Below are positions 40,703 through 54,253 of a DNA stretch of 59,235 nt, piece after piece. The notes under the pieces were generated by a model. That model ran no database searches. It was not told the DNA's origin and saw only the letters and a list, made by a program, of their open reading frames with translations. Position numbers and translations under genes: made by a program. The stretch spans positions 1 through 59,235 of the forward strand of contig CAJODT010000018.1 in assembly GCA_905233365.1 (NCBI GenBank), written 5' to 3'. This DNA comes from an uncultured Succiniclasticum sp. Its GTDB lineage: Bacteria; Bacillota; Negativicutes; Acidaminococcales; Acidaminococcaceae. The stretch's first letter is position 1. Each line of letters starts with the position of its first letter.

Positions 40703-41932
40703 ATGTTACCTGTAGACAAAAAGCGTGTGGAAGAGCTGATCGGGGGGCTGGCAAAATTTGGCAGAACGGATGCAGGCATTACCCGCCTGGCTTACACCAG
40801 CACGGACAAGGCGGCCCAGATGTGGCTGATGAAACAGATTGAATACCTGAATCTGGAAATACGGGAAGATGTGTTGGGCAATCTGTTCCTGCGCCGTCCG
40901 GGACTGGATCCGAATATTCCGCCTGTTGCCTGCGGTTCCCATCTGGATACGGTGATCCACGGCGGCGCTTACGACGGGATGTGCGGCGTGGTGGGCGCAC
41001 TGGAAGCGCTGCACATGCTGGCGGATGAAACGCTGCGGCGCAGCATCGAGGTCATCGTGTTCCGGGCAGAAGAGTCCAGCCGTTTCGGCTTTGCGACCAT
41101 GGCCAGCAAGCTGATTACAGGCAAGGCTACGCCGGAAAAGTTCGCCAATGCCTGCCGTAAGGATGACATTACCTTTAAGCAGGCTGTCAAAGAATGGGGA
41201 GGCGATCTGGATGCGTACGACAAGGCTGTGCTGAAGCCGGGCGCGTACAGATGCTTCGCGGAGATGCACATCGAACAGGGCAAGGTGCTGGAGGAGACGA
41301 AACACCAAATCGGTATCGTCCGTAATATCGCGGCGCCTACCCGGTTCAAACTCCACATAACCGGTACGGCCGACCACTCCGGCGCAACGCCCATGGGCTA
41401 CCGGAAGGATGCGTTGGTGAGCGCGGCCAAGCTGATCCTGGCAGTGGAGACGGCAGCCATTAATGAAAAGGAAAACGGAACCGTGGGAACCGTCGGCATC
41501 GTGGAGGTGGATCCGGGTTCCATTAACGTAGTGCCGGGTAAGGTGACCCTTTGGGTGGATGTACGCGGTGTCAATACGGAAAGCATCCAACGCACGTTGA
41601 AGGAAATCCGTCAGGCAGCCCAGGGTACGGCCCGGACAGACGGCGTGATAATTGAAGAGGAGATGCTGACCTCTGATACGCCGGTAGCGTTGGACGAAAA
41701 GCTGGCGGCCCAGTCGGAAGCGATCTGCAGGGAACAGGATAAAACCTTCCTGCACATGAACAGCGGCGCCGGCCACGATGCCATGCACATGCCGGCCATC
41801 TGCCCGACGACGATGCTGTTCATTCCCTGCAAAGGTGGCATCAGCCACAACCCGGATGAATTTGCGAAAACGGAGGACATCTGCGCAGGCATCGAAGTGC
41901 TGGCGGAGATCCTGAAGCGGGAAGCACGATAA
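40703..41932 (+). CDS. M20 Zn hydrolase (N-carbamoyl-amino acid / allantoate amidohydrolase family)
   Basis: GSHLDTV, GAYDG, EESSRF, EMHIEQG, SGAGHDA and GISHNPDE motifs. Confidence 0.92.
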   Translation: MLPVDKKRVEELIGGLAKFGRTDAGITRLAYTSTDKAAQMWLMKQIEYLNLEIREDVLGNLFLRRPGLDPNIPPVACGSHLDTVIHGGAYDGMCGVVGALEALHMLADETLRRSIEVIVFRAEESSRFGFATMASKLITGKATPEKFANACRKDDITFKQAVKEWGGDLDAYDKAVLKPGAYRCFAEMHIEQGKVLEETKHQIGIVRNIAAPTRFKLHITGTADHSGATPMGYRKDALVSAAKLILAVETAAINEKENGTVGTVGIVEVDPGSINVVPGKVTLWVDVRGVNTESIQRTLKEIRQAAQGTARTDGVIIEEEMLTSDTPVALDEKLAAQSEAICREQDKTFLHMNSGAGHDAMHMPAICPTTMLFIPCKGGISHNPDEFAKTEDICAGIEVLAEILKREAR

Positions 41933-41972
41933 ACGGTTATAGACGAAATAGCAAAGAGAAAGGGGAATCGTA

Positions 41973-42500
41973 ATGAAACTTTTAGTAACATTTTTCAGCG
42001 TCTTGTTAGCATGTATGACAGTGTTCGGGACAGCCCATGCGGACGTGATTGATCCGGGCAATCCTTACAGGAAACCGAACCGTCCTGTAAAACCGGTTCC
42101 GGTGACGCGGGTTTACAGAATGCGCGCACCCGATTTTACTCTGACTAAAATTGAAGAAGAGAAAGACATGTATCTTTTGAAGGTGACCCTGCCCGGACCC
42201 TGCGAGTGGAAAGCCCGTACGTTTGTGGAGTTAGATGGAACCACAAAAGAAGTGGATAATCAAGGACCGTATTCTGTTCCCGACTTAAAGCAGGAAACGG
42301 ACAGCCGCGAGGTTTTTCTGATGCTTCCGGAAGGAAAAGAAAGAGCAAAATTCCTTGTGGCTGTGGAGTTCACTCTGTACCGGTTCCAGGATACCACCTA
42401 CGGTCCAAAGGTGTACGATACGGATATCAAAACCCATGCGGTACAACATGTATATGAGATGGAAACCGTGGACGGGAAGCAAATACTGAAAAGATTATAA
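41973..42500 (+). CDS. Hypothetical secreted protein
   Basis: Signal peptide ending AHA-D. AAGGGG RBS. Confidence 0.65.
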   Translation: MKLLVTFFSVLLACMTVFGTAHADVIDPGNPYRKPNRPVKPVPVTRVYRMRAPDFTLTKIEEEKDMYLLKVTLPGPCEWKARTFVELDGTTKEVDNQGPYSVPDLKQETDSREVFLMLPEGKERAKFLVAVEFTLYRFQDTTYGPKVYDTDIKTHAVQHVYEMETVDGKQILKRL

Positions 42501-42594
42501 GCTTCAGCGACATTGCTTAAATATTTGTTCAGCGCTTGCAGAACAGTTCTTTACCAGATATTTTGAAGATAGTTGCATCTGAGCGAGGCATATT

Positions 42595-43764
42595 TTGTTA
42601 GCGATTTTTACGGCGCTCCATTTTCTGGTAGACGGGATCTGCGCGGCGGCCATGGCGGCCTATGCCGTGAAGGAACCGTTGCTGGCTCCCATCGTGTTCT
42701 ATTTTGGCCTGTATAACGCCATCGCGTTTGGCACCCAATGGCTGACAGGCTGGCTGTTTGATAAAAAGGAAAACTGGATACGGTACGCTTTTCTGTTTGT
42801 GCTTGCGACATTGGCGCTGGGCACGCAATCCGCGCTGGGTATAAAGGCGCAGACGGTTTTGCTGGGCCTCGGCAACAGTGTATTCCATGTGGCGGCGGGA
42901 AGTCTGGTGCTGCGGCGTTACGCTACATATAAAGAATTGGGGATTTTTGTTTGCAGCGGCGCCGTGGGGCTGGCGCTGGGACTGAACTGCATCGTGGGAC
43001 CGTATCCGTTTTTGTTTGCCTGTGCGGTATTGTGCGCCGTGGCGACGCGTCGCCTGTGGCAGGCCGAAATTCCCGATGCCGTTTCTGCGCCTGATGCGTC
43101 TATAATGTCTGGCGCGGAAAAAGACGCGCGGCTCTTTTTGTCAGATGCCACGCAGAATGAACCGGGAGAAAACGTGTCGGGCCCTTCAGGCTTAAATATA
43201 ACGCGGAAAACAGGAACGGAAAGTACAGCGCAGTTTGATTTTTCCCAGGATAATTTGCCACCTGTTTCATCGCATTGGCTTACCGGCATCTGTCTTGTAT
43301 TGCTGTTAGGCTGCATTGTGTTGCGGGGCTTTGGCAGCGGCGGCGCGGCCAGTCCCTATGTCATGCTCATGCCCTGCGTCTTTGCGGCGGGGAAAGCTTT
43401 GGGCGGCATTGTCTGCGACAGGGCAGGTTATCAGAAGACCATACTCATTATTTTCCTTATTTGTTTTGTTGCGCTGCAGTTGTCCGGCCTGGTTGCGGCG
43501 GTGCTTCTGGTTCTGGCCTTTAACATGACCATGCCGTTGACCCTGCGACTGGTCCACTGGTGCAGTCCCCGCTATCCGGGCATGATGTTCGGGCTGGCGG
43601 CCGGCTGCCTGTTACCAGGTGTATTTTATAAAGGATTTTCTATTCCGCCCCAGGCCATGGCTGTATTGCAGTTCCTCTGCCTGGCCGCGGCGGGTTGGCT
43701 GCTGTGGAAGAGTACGGGAAAAAGGGCTTGGCGCAATGGCAGCTTGCACGAACAAAGCAATTGA
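42595..43764 (+). CDS. MFS-like membrane protein
   Basis: HFLVD, GLGNSVFH and GKALGG..CDR motifs, with two hydrophobic halves separated by a hydrophilic loop. Confidence 0.7.
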   Translation: MLAIFTALHFLVDGICAAAMAAYAVKEPLLAPIVFYFGLYNAIAFGTQWLTGWLFDKKENWIRYAFLFVLATLALGTQSALGIKAQTVLLGLGNSVFHVAAGSLVLRRYATYKELGIFVCSGAVGLALGLNCIVGPYPFLFACAVLCAVATRRLWQAEIPDAVSAPDASIMSGAEKDARLFLSDATQNEPGENVSGPSGLNITRKTGTESTAQFDFSQDNLPPVSSHWLTGICLVLLLGCIVLRGFGSGGAASPYVMLMPCVFAAGKALGGIVCDRAGYQKTILIIFLICFVALQLSGLVAAVLLVLAFNMTMPLTLRLVHWCSPRYPGMMFGLAAGCLLPGVFYKGFSIPPQAMAVLQFLCLAAAGWLLWKSTGKRAWRNGSLHEQSN

Positions 43765-43917
43765 AATATACGAAAGATGTGTTATATGGAGACAAGATAT
43801 ACAGGCTGTCTATATTTATTAACAGCAAGCAGGCTGAAAAACCGCTCTACAACTGGAGTTGTGAAAAAAGTTTGGTCACTGGAGTGACCAGAGAGGGCGA
43901 TTGGAGATATACTTTTC

Positions 43918-45222
43918 ATGAAAGCTGTTTTAACTTCCGATATTTCTGTGATTGCCGTTTTCCTGCAGGGACTCTTCAGTTTCTTTTCGCCCTGTGTGCT
44001 GCCGCTTCTGCCGGTGTATTTCGGTTATTTGTCCGGCGGTACGGCAGAACGTAACCCGGATGGCGTCCTGCGCTTTGATAGGGGGAAGGTCCTCCTCAAT
44101 ACACTGTTTTTTGTATTAGGAATCAGCGCGGCCTTTTTCCTGCTGGGGCTGGGTGCTTCCGCAGCGGGCAGTGCGTTGATTAAACACCAGAAGCTGATCA
44201 TGCGCGTCGGCGGGGTAATTATGATCCTGTTCGGTCTGTACCAGTCAGGGCTGCTGGGGGAGTGGGGGTTCCTGGCAAAAGAGCGGAGGCTGCCGTTGCG
44301 TTTTGAGACGCTGGCTGTTTCCCCCGTTATGGCGTTTGTGTTAGGCTTTGTTTTCAGTTTTGCGTGGACGCCCTGTGTGGGCCCCATGCTTAGCAGCGTT
44401 TTGATTTTGGCGGCGGCGGAGCCGGAGAAAGGAATGGTGATGATTTTGTTTTACACCCTGGGATTTGTGATACCGTTTCTTCTGTTAGGGTTGTTTTCGA
44501 AAACGGTTTTGAATTTGATAAATAAACATAAAGGCTTTATGTCTGTTACGGTGAAAGCGGGCGGCATCCTCATGATCGCGCTGGGCCTGCTGCTGTTCAC
44601 CGGTAAATTGGACGGCATTGGCACTGCCGCGCCGCAAAACAACGCTGCGCAAAATGAACAGAGCGACAGCGTAACGGCACAAGTGTCAAAGGATACAGCC
44701 AACGATCCGGAGCAATCCGGGAATCAAAATGCAAACGGCGACGCTGCTGCCCGGAATAATACAAATGAGCAGCAAGGCAAAAATGAAATAGCAGCGATAC
44801 CTTTTACGTTAAAAGACCAATACGGAAAGACGCACACCCTGGCCGATTACAAAGGCAAAGTCATCTTCCTGAATTTCTGGGCGACCTGGTGCCCGCCCTG
44901 CCGGGCCGAGATGCCGGACATCCAGAAGTTATACGAGCGTTCAACGCAGGAGGGGGAGAATGCGGTAGTCGTTTTAGGCGTGGCCGCGCCGAAACTGGGC
45001 AGCGAAAAAGACCAGGCCGGTATCAAAGCGTTTATGGATAAAAACGGCTACACCTATCCGGTTTTGATGGACAAGAGAGGCAAGCTCTTCGAGGCATACG
45101 GCATCCGCGCCATCCCCACCACGTATCTGATCGACCGCAACGGCAACGTCATCGGCCGGGTGCAGGGAGCTCTTTCTGCAGAAAATCTTGAGCGGATTGT
45201 GCAGGAGGCCCTGGCACGCTGA
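43918..45222 (+). CDS. CcdA-thioredoxin (TlpA) fusion, DipZ-like
   Basis: SFFSPCVLPL and WTPCVGP (CcdA), a Asn/Gln-rich linker, then NFWATWCPPCRAEMP. Confidence 0.92.
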   Translation: MKAVLTSDISVIAVFLQGLFSFFSPCVLPLLPVYFGYLSGGTAERNPDGVLRFDRGKVLLNTLFFVLGISAAFFLLGLGASAAGSALIKHQKLIMRVGGVIMILFGLYQSGLLGEWGFLAKERRLPLRFETLAVSPVMAFVLGFVFSFAWTPCVGPMLSSVLILAAAEPEKGMVMILFYTLGFVIPFLLLGLFSKTVLNLINKHKGFMSVTVKAGGILMIALGLLLFTGKLDGIGTAAPQNNAAQNEQSDSVTAQVSKDTANDPEQSGNQNANGDAAARNNTNEQQGKNEIAAIPFTLKDQYGKTHTLADYKGKVIFLNFWATWCPPCRAEMPDIQKLYERSTQEGENAVVVLGVAAPKLGSEKDQAGIKAFMDKNGYTYPVLMDKRGKLFEAYGIRAIPTTYLIDRNGNVIGRVQGALSAENLERIVQEALAR

Positions 45223-45405
45223 AAACAGGATGGCTTGTCCGGAGGAAAACGCGGCGCCGTCTGCCCCGATTCATATTACAGTAAAGTAGTATAGTTTTGT
45301 GGCGCTGCTGCCCGACAGAAACTGTTATGGCTGAATTGTTTACAAACTTGAAAAGTAGTGCTAAAATACATCCGTAGTATTTATGCGATAACGCATCAGA
45401 TTTAA

Positions 45406-45563
45406 GGAAACACTGATTAATTCGTCTGCACGCTGACCGGCGCTTTTTGTGACTGACTGCGTCAGTGTCCCTCACCGTAGCTACGGCTACGCTTTCGGGC
45501 CATTTCCTTGTCAGTCGCAAAAAGCCCTCGGACATCGCACAAACTCATTTAATCAGTGTCTCC
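45406..45563. mobile_element. MITE-like element, full copy with TTAA flanks
   Basis: TTAA-GGAAACACTGATTAA...TTAATCAGTGTCTCC-TTAA. Confidence 0.9.
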
Positions 45564-45608
45564 TTAATGCATTTTTGGTTTTTAATTCAGAAGGAGGATG
45601 TTTCCACT

Positions 45609-46196
45609 ATGAACAAAGTAACAAAAGGTTTGCTGGCTGGTGCAGTTGTGGTTTCCTTATTTGCTACTATGGGCTGCGGCGGCAGTGACAAAAAGAAAGA
45701 AGAACCGAAACCGGCAACTACTACCACTACGGCAAAACAGGAGAAGGCTCCGGAAGTAAAAAAAGAAGTGGTAAAGCCGGTTCCAAAATCTAAGCTGTAC
45801 AAGTATGCGTTGCATCTGAACGATGTGGAAAAACTGCCGCCGATGACGGACGAAGTCATTGCGGAATTTGAAAAACAGGCTAAACCGATTAAAATCGCTC
45901 CGGAAGATATGAAGAAGGGCCGCCATGGCATCTGGGTATTCAATTCTTCCCCGCAAAAGAAAGGCGCACAGGTTTACACCTATCGCTGGACTGCAGAGCT
46001 GGACGGCCATCATGACAGCGAGTTTACCAACGACAAAGGCAAAAAGATCAACGAGCAGCATTTCGCCCACATCGATATGACGACGGACGGGAAAACGGAA
46101 AAACTGCGCAGCGTGCGTGTGGTTAAGTATCATGTGACCAAAGATACCGGCGAAAAAGGCAAGCTGGAAGAAGTTTACAAACAAACCTTCAAATAA
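45609..46196 (+). CDS. Hypothetical lipoprotein
   Basis: AAGGAGG RBS, lipobox TMGC and a Thr/Lys-rich linker. Confidence 0.75.
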   Translation: MNKVTKGLLAGAVVVSLFATMGCGGSDKKKEEPKPATTTTTAKQEKAPEVKKEVVKPVPKSKLYKYALHLNDVEKLPPMTDEVIAEFEKQAKPIKIAPEDMKKGRHGIWVFNSSPQKKGAQVYTYRWTAELDGHHDSEFTNDKGKKINEQHFAHIDMTTDGKTEKLRSVRVVKYHVTKDTGEKGKLEEVYKQTFK

Positions 46197-46420
46197 GAAA
46201 ATCGGCAGAAACAGGTGCCCCGCTTTTTGCGGGGCTTTTTTATTGTCTGGTTGCATCGCGCAGTTCCTGCCAGTATTATTATTGTTACATTGTTACAAAA
46301 AATGGAGAGCAGACTTCAGCAAATCTTGAAAACATGCATAAACATGAGATATAAGCTTTTCAAATCCGCAGAAAAGTAGTATACTATAATGCAACATATA
46401 TATTGCGGGAGGATGCTTAT

Positions 46421-48133
46421 ATGTGGAGACCCCGGCTGAAAAAAACACTGTACATTCTTTTTGTGGTAAGCCTGTTCCTGCTGGCAGGCTGCCAGAGTGA
46501 TAAGCTGAAGCAGGAAATAAAACCCCAGCAGGTGAAGACCCAGGTACTGCATAAACATGACAACGGCATCACCTTTTCCCAGGAATCCGGCCTCTATCAT
46601 GTGCCGGAGCTGAAGGTAAAGATGAAAGCGCCGGAGGGCTATACCATCGCCTTCACTACCAACGGGACGACGCCGACGGACAAGGATGCCAGCGGCAAGT
46701 CTGAACTGGAAGTCACATTGACCGGCAAGATGTCCGGTTACCTGTTGGCTCACAAAAAGCAGATGCTGACCCCGGAGTTATATAATTCCGTGTTGCTGGA
46801 GAGCAATGACCTGCCGGTAGGCGTGGTACTGAACGCATCGCTGGTCGACGGAAAAGGCGCGGTGGTCAAAGGGCCCCGTACCATGGTGTACTTCCTGATG
46901 AAGGACAGTTTTGCGGACCGGTTCCCCAGGTGTATGGTCCTTTCCGTCACTACCGACCCGAAGAACCTGCTGGATTATAATATTGGCATTCTGGCTCCTG
47001 GCAAGGTCTATGATGACTGGAAGAAGACAGATGCCGGAAAGAAGATCATCGCGGACCAGGAATGGTGGAAAGCTGAAACCAACAGTACCCAGCGCGGCAA
47101 GAAATGGGAGCGTCCCTGCCAGGTGCAGTTCTATACTGTCGGAGAAAAACCGGCTCTGGAAACGGACGCCGGTCTGCGGATTCGGGGCGGCATGTCCCGG
47201 AGGCAGAACCAGAAGTCTTTCACGCTGTACTTCAATGAAAAGTACGGAGTGGACGCCCTCCATTTCAAACTGTTTGATAAAGAAGACGCTTACCTGCGGT
47301 TCGGCCTGCGGAACGGCGGCGACGATTCCCAGTACACGAAGTTTAAGGACGTACTTCTGCAGGACCTTGCCAAAGGGGGAAAGTATACCGTTTTGGTTAA
47401 ACGCCCGGCGGTACTGTTCCTGAACGGGGAATACTGGGGTCCCTATGTGCTGTGCGAGGTTACGGCAAAAAACATGATGAAATCCCGTTACGGGGTGGAT
47501 CCTAAGAATCTTGTTGTAATTAAGGAAGCAGAGCTCGACCAGGGTAAGAAAGAGGATTTTAAGCTCTATGAAGAGCTGCAGGCCTTTGGGAAAAAGGACC
47601 TAACAGATCCGGAAACCTACCGTCAGTTCTGCGACGTGATGGACGTACAGTCCATGGCGGATTATTTCGCAATGGAGGTTTATATCGGCAATGCCAACTG
47701 CGAGCCCGATCATAACCACATACTCTGGCGGACAAAGGATAAGTCCTATAATAACGGCCGCTGGCAGTATGTCCTCCACGACCTGGATTACAGCGCAGGC
47801 CATTATGACGAGAAGAAGACTTCTGCGAATACGGATCACTTTGCCATGTTCAGGGAAAAATTCCCCGTCTTTGCCGCGGCTGTGAAAAACAAAGAGTTCT
47901 ATGCCATGTTTCTGCAGTCGATCAAGAAGATCGGTTCGGAGAATTTCAAGTATGACAGGGTAAGGGAAAAGACGGATGAGTACGACCGGATGTGGGCTCC
48001 GCTCATGCCTGACTTTTACAAGCGGTTCGGCGACACGGCGAACCTGCGGAAACGCAGCATGAATTCCATGCTGAACTTCTTCCAGAGAAGGTATGATGTC
48101 ATCATCCCGATTGTGGAAAAATGGAAACCATGA
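46421..48133 (+). CDS. CotH kinase family lipoprotein
   Basis: Lipobox LAGC. GLRIRGG.SR..QKSF, FLNGEYWGPY, N..PDHN and WQYVLHDLD motifs. Confidence 0.85.
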   Translation: MWRPRLKKTLYILFVVSLFLLAGCQSDKLKQEIKPQQVKTQVLHKHDNGITFSQESGLYHVPELKVKMKAPEGYTIAFTTNGTTPTDKDASGKSELEVTLTGKMSGYLLAHKKQMLTPELYNSVLLESNDLPVGVVLNASLVDGKGAVVKGPRTMVYFLMKDSFADRFPRCMVLSVTTDPKNLLDYNIGILAPGKVYDDWKKTDAGKKIIADQEWWKAETNSTQRGKKWERPCQVQFYTVGEKPALETDAGLRIRGGMSRRQNQKSFTLYFNEKYGVDALHFKLFDKEDAYLRFGLRNGGDDSQYTKFKDVLLQDLAKGGKYTVLVKRPAVLFLNGEYWGPYVLCEVTAKNMMKSRYGVDPKNLVVIKEAELDQGKKEDFKLYEELQAFGKKDLTDPETYRQFCDVMDVQSMADYFAMEVYIGNANCEPDHNHILWRTKDKSYNNGRWQYVLHDLDYSAGHYDEKKTSANTDHFAMFREKFPVFAAAVKNKEFYAMFLQSIKKIGSENFKYDRVREKTDEYDRMWAPLMPDFYKRFGDTANLRKRSMNSMLNFFQRRYDVIIPIVEKWKP

Positions 48134-48171
48134 AATTTTAAATTAAGCTAAAGAAGCGAGGGGGAAACGAT

Positions 48172-49803
48172 ATGAATGGTGCGGACGCAATTGTAAAGTG
48201 TCTGGATATGGAAAACACAGAGTATGTATTTGGTTATCCGGGAGTAGCGATCTGTCCTTTTTACAACAGCATCCTGAACTCCAATATTAAAACGATCCTG
48301 GTGCGCCACGAGCAGCACGCGGGCCATGCGGCCAGCGGATACGCGCGACTGACGGGCAGGGTTGGCGTGGTAGCGGTGACCAGCGGCCCCGGCGCCACCA
48401 ATGTGATCACCGGTATTGCTACGGCCTATGCGGACAGCATTCCGCTGGTGGTGATCACGGGCCAGGTCGACAGCCGCCTCATGGGCAGCGACGTGTTCCA
48501 GGAAGCCGACGTTTCCGGCGCCTGCGAATCCTTTGTAAAATACAGCTACATTGTCCGCAACGCGGAAGATATCCCTAACATTGTGAAGGAAGCCTTTTAC
48601 ATTGCCAATACCGGCCGTAAAGGCCCGGTGGTGATCGATTTTCCCATTGATATCCAAAACCAGGAGATCCGGAAATTCGCCTATCCGGAGAGTATTGACA
48701 TTCCTTCCTACAAACCTACCGTGAAAGGACATGCAAAACAGATTGAACGGGTAGTGCGGGAACTGAAGAAAGCCAAGCGTCCTCTCGTCTGCACCGGCGG
48801 AGGTGCCCATCTGAGCGGCGCGGCGGACGTGATCCGTTCCTTTGCGGAAAAGCATCGCATCCCGGTGGTTTCCACCATGATGGGCCTGGGTACCATGCCT
48901 ACGGAACATCCGATGTTTTTCGGTATGGTGGGTAACAACGGCCAGGCTTACGGCAACCGGGCCATGAACCAGGCAGACATGATCCTGCTGGCGGGTGCCC
49001 GGGTGGCAGACCGTTCCATCGCGCGTCCCAATGAGATTGAAGACAACAAGGTGCTTGTCCATATCGACGTGGATCCGGCAGAAATCGGAAAGAACGCAGG
49101 CCCGACTATCCCGCTGGTTGGCGATCTGAAGAATGTATTTATGGAACTGGACAAGGAAGATATCCGTCCGGCCACGCAGGAATGGCTGGACTGTCTGGCA
49201 GGCTACCGTAAGGAAGCGGAAGAAGAGAAAAAGACAAAAGCGGACCTGGTGATGACACCGGGTACAGTAGATCCTACCCACCTGATCCATGCGCTGTCCG
49301 ATAAAATGCAGAAGAACGCGGTGTATGTGGCGGACGTGGGCCAGAACCAGCTGTGGTCCTGCGCTAACTGCATCATCCGGGAAGGTCGGTTCTTCACTAC
49401 CGGCGGTATGGGCTGCATGGGCTATTCCGTACCGGCGGCCATGGGCGCCAAGCTGGCGGATCCTTCCCGCCAGGTGGTGGCGGTATGCGGCGACGGCGGC
49501 TTCCAGATGTGCATGATGGAGCTGGGGACCATGCGCCAGTACAAGGTACCGGTAAAAATTGTGGTGATCCGTAACAATGTGCTGGGCCTGGTACGGCAGT
49601 TCCAGCATTTCAACTACAAAGACCATTTCTCTGTCATTGACCTGACCGGCAGTCCGGAACTGGAATGCATTGCGGCAGCTTATGGCATGAAGTTCCTGCA
49701 CCTGAATGATGAGGCGAAGATGGAAGAAACGCTGGACGCATTCCTGGCAAACGATGAGTCTGTCCTGCTCCAGTGCGATGTGGATCCCAACGAGGTGGCA
49801 TAA
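48172..49803 (+). CDS. ilvB: Acetolactate synthase large subunit
   Basis: FGYPG, RHEQ, TSGPGATN, DVGQNQ and TPP motif GDGGFQM...NN. Confidence 0.95.
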   Translation: MNGADAIVKCLDMENTEYVFGYPGVAICPFYNSILNSNIKTILVRHEQHAGHAASGYARLTGRVGVVAVTSGPGATNVITGIATAYADSIPLVVITGQVDSRLMGSDVFQEADVSGACESFVKYSYIVRNAEDIPNIVKEAFYIANTGRKGPVVIDFPIDIQNQEIRKFAYPESIDIPSYKPTVKGHAKQIERVVRELKKAKRPLVCTGGGAHLSGAADVIRSFAEKHRIPVVSTMMGLGTMPTEHPMFFGMVGNNGQAYGNRAMNQADMILLAGARVADRSIARPNEIEDNKVLVHIDVDPAEIGKNAGPTIPLVGDLKNVFMELDKEDIRPATQEWLDCLAGYRKEAEEEKKTKADLVMTPGTVDPTHLIHALSDKMQKNAVYVADVGQNQLWSCANCIIREGRFFTTGGMGCMGYSVPAAMGAKLADPSRQVVAVCGDGGFQMCMMELGTMRQYKVPVKIVVIRNNVLGLVRQFQHFNYKDHFSVIDLTGSPELECIAAAYGMKFLHLNDEAKMEETLDAFLANDESVLLQCDVDPNEVA

Positions 49804-49804
49804 C

Positions 49805-50287
49805 ATGAAACGAATTTATAATGTAGTAGTAAAAAACCAGTCCGGCGTGCTCTGCAAGGTTTCCGGTTTGTTCTGGAGACGCTGTTTCAATATTGATTCC
49901 CTGGCGGTAGGCGAGACGGAAGACAACGCCATTTCCAATATGACCATCGTCAGCACCGGCGACGAGCATACCCAGGAACAGATTGAAAAACAGCTGAATA
50001 AAAAAATCGACGTCATAAAGGTTAAGACCTTTGATGAACAGGAAGCGGTATGCCGCGAGCTGATGCTGATCAAGGTTAAGTACAGCCGTGATAACCGGCG
50101 TGACATCATCGACAGCTGTTCCGTCATGAACGCTACGATCATTGATATGGCCAACAACATGATGACGATCCAGATCTGCGATACGCCGGAGCGGGCCCAG
50201 ATTTTCCTGGACAACATCCGCCACATCAAGATTGTGGAAATCACGCGCTCCGGGACTGTGGCCCTGACAAAATGCAAAGAGGGATAA
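49805..50287 (+). CDS. ilvN: Acetolactate synthase small subunit
   Basis: NQSGVL, FNIDSLAV, QLNKKIDV, RELML and RSG motifs. Confidence 0.93.
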   Translation: MKRIYNVVVKNQSGVLCKVSGLFWRRCFNIDSLAVGETEDNAISNMTIVSTGDEHTQEQIEKQLNKKIDVIKVKTFDEQEAVCRELMLIKVKYSRDNRRDIIDSCSVMNATIIDMANNMMTIQICDTPERAQIFLDNIRHIKIVEITRSGTVALTKCKEG

Positions 50288-50435
50288 CTGCGTTCAAGGG
50301 ATAAATAATCATTGATTTTTTCGGATTATTATTTTACAATATATGCGGTTGATTGTAACCTGCGTTGGAAGTTTACGCCGGCATTTTTATGCCGCGTACG
50401 GATTTGATTATAGTTGTGAAAGGAAATTACTGATT

Positions 50436-50774
50436 ATGCTGTCAATGGATGCGCTCAAAGAGTATGGGGTCAAAACGAATCAGGGACTGGAACGCTGCTG
50501 CAACATGGAGGCTTTTTATTTTAAAATGATCACAGCCAGCGTCAATGACGCGAACTTTGCAAAACTGGGCAAGGCGCTGGAAGCAAACGACCTGCAGGAA
50601 GCCTTCGAAGCGGCTCATGCGTTAAAAGGCATTTCCGGCAACCTGGCGCTGGATCCTCTGTACGATGCGGTATGCGATATCGTGGAGCCGTTGCGGAACA
50701 AAACCGAAATGGACTACAGCGAAAAATACAAAAAGGTAATGGAAGCCAGGGAGAAACTGGCGGCTCTAATTTAA
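50436..50774 (+). CDS. Hpt-domain protein
   Basis: AFEAAHALKGISGNL phospho-His motif. Confidence 0.88.
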   Translation: MLSMDALKEYGVKTNQGLERCCNMEAFYFKMITASVNDANFAKLGKALEANDLQEAFEAAHALKGISGNLALDPLYDAVCDIVEPLRNKTEMDYSEKYKKVMEAREKLAALI

Positions 50775-50983
50775 CAGAATACAAAAAAGTGCGGTGATTA
50801 TCATCCGCACTTTTTTTACGGACAGGCAAGGAGGGGTCAGAAGTTGTACAATACCGGTGCGGACGCCTTTTCCCTTTTGCAGTTCCATAAAAAATATGAG
50901 CTTGCACTGTATTTTTCAGGGAAAAGTATGGTAAAATATTCGTTAGAGTAAAAATATATTAAAGTTGTGTAGGGGAGAAAAGT

Positions 50984-54199
<3,216 letters not shown>

Positions 54200-54211
54200 A
54201 AATTGCGCAAT

Positions 54212-54243
54212 AAAAAACGGCGTCCGTATGGACGCCGTTTTTT
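54212..54243. terminator. Bidirectional terminator between carB and purC
   Basis: AAAAAACGGCGTCC-GTAT-GGACGCCGTTTTTT. Confidence 0.85.
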
Positions 54244-54253
54244 GTATCTGTTA

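Noticed and set aside
20413-45563. CRISPR array from the recurring ACACTGATTAA motif
   Set aside because: Copies are dispersed over tens of kb as inverted termini of one element, not direct repeats with spacers. No cas genes.
45465-45608. N-terminal extensions of ORF-track calls at 45465, 20564 and 22658
   Set aside because: These starts fall inside MITE sequence; RBS-supported starts are at 45609, 20600 and 22700.
48148-49806. 552-aa minus-strand ORF
   Set aside because: Antisense shadow of ilvB.
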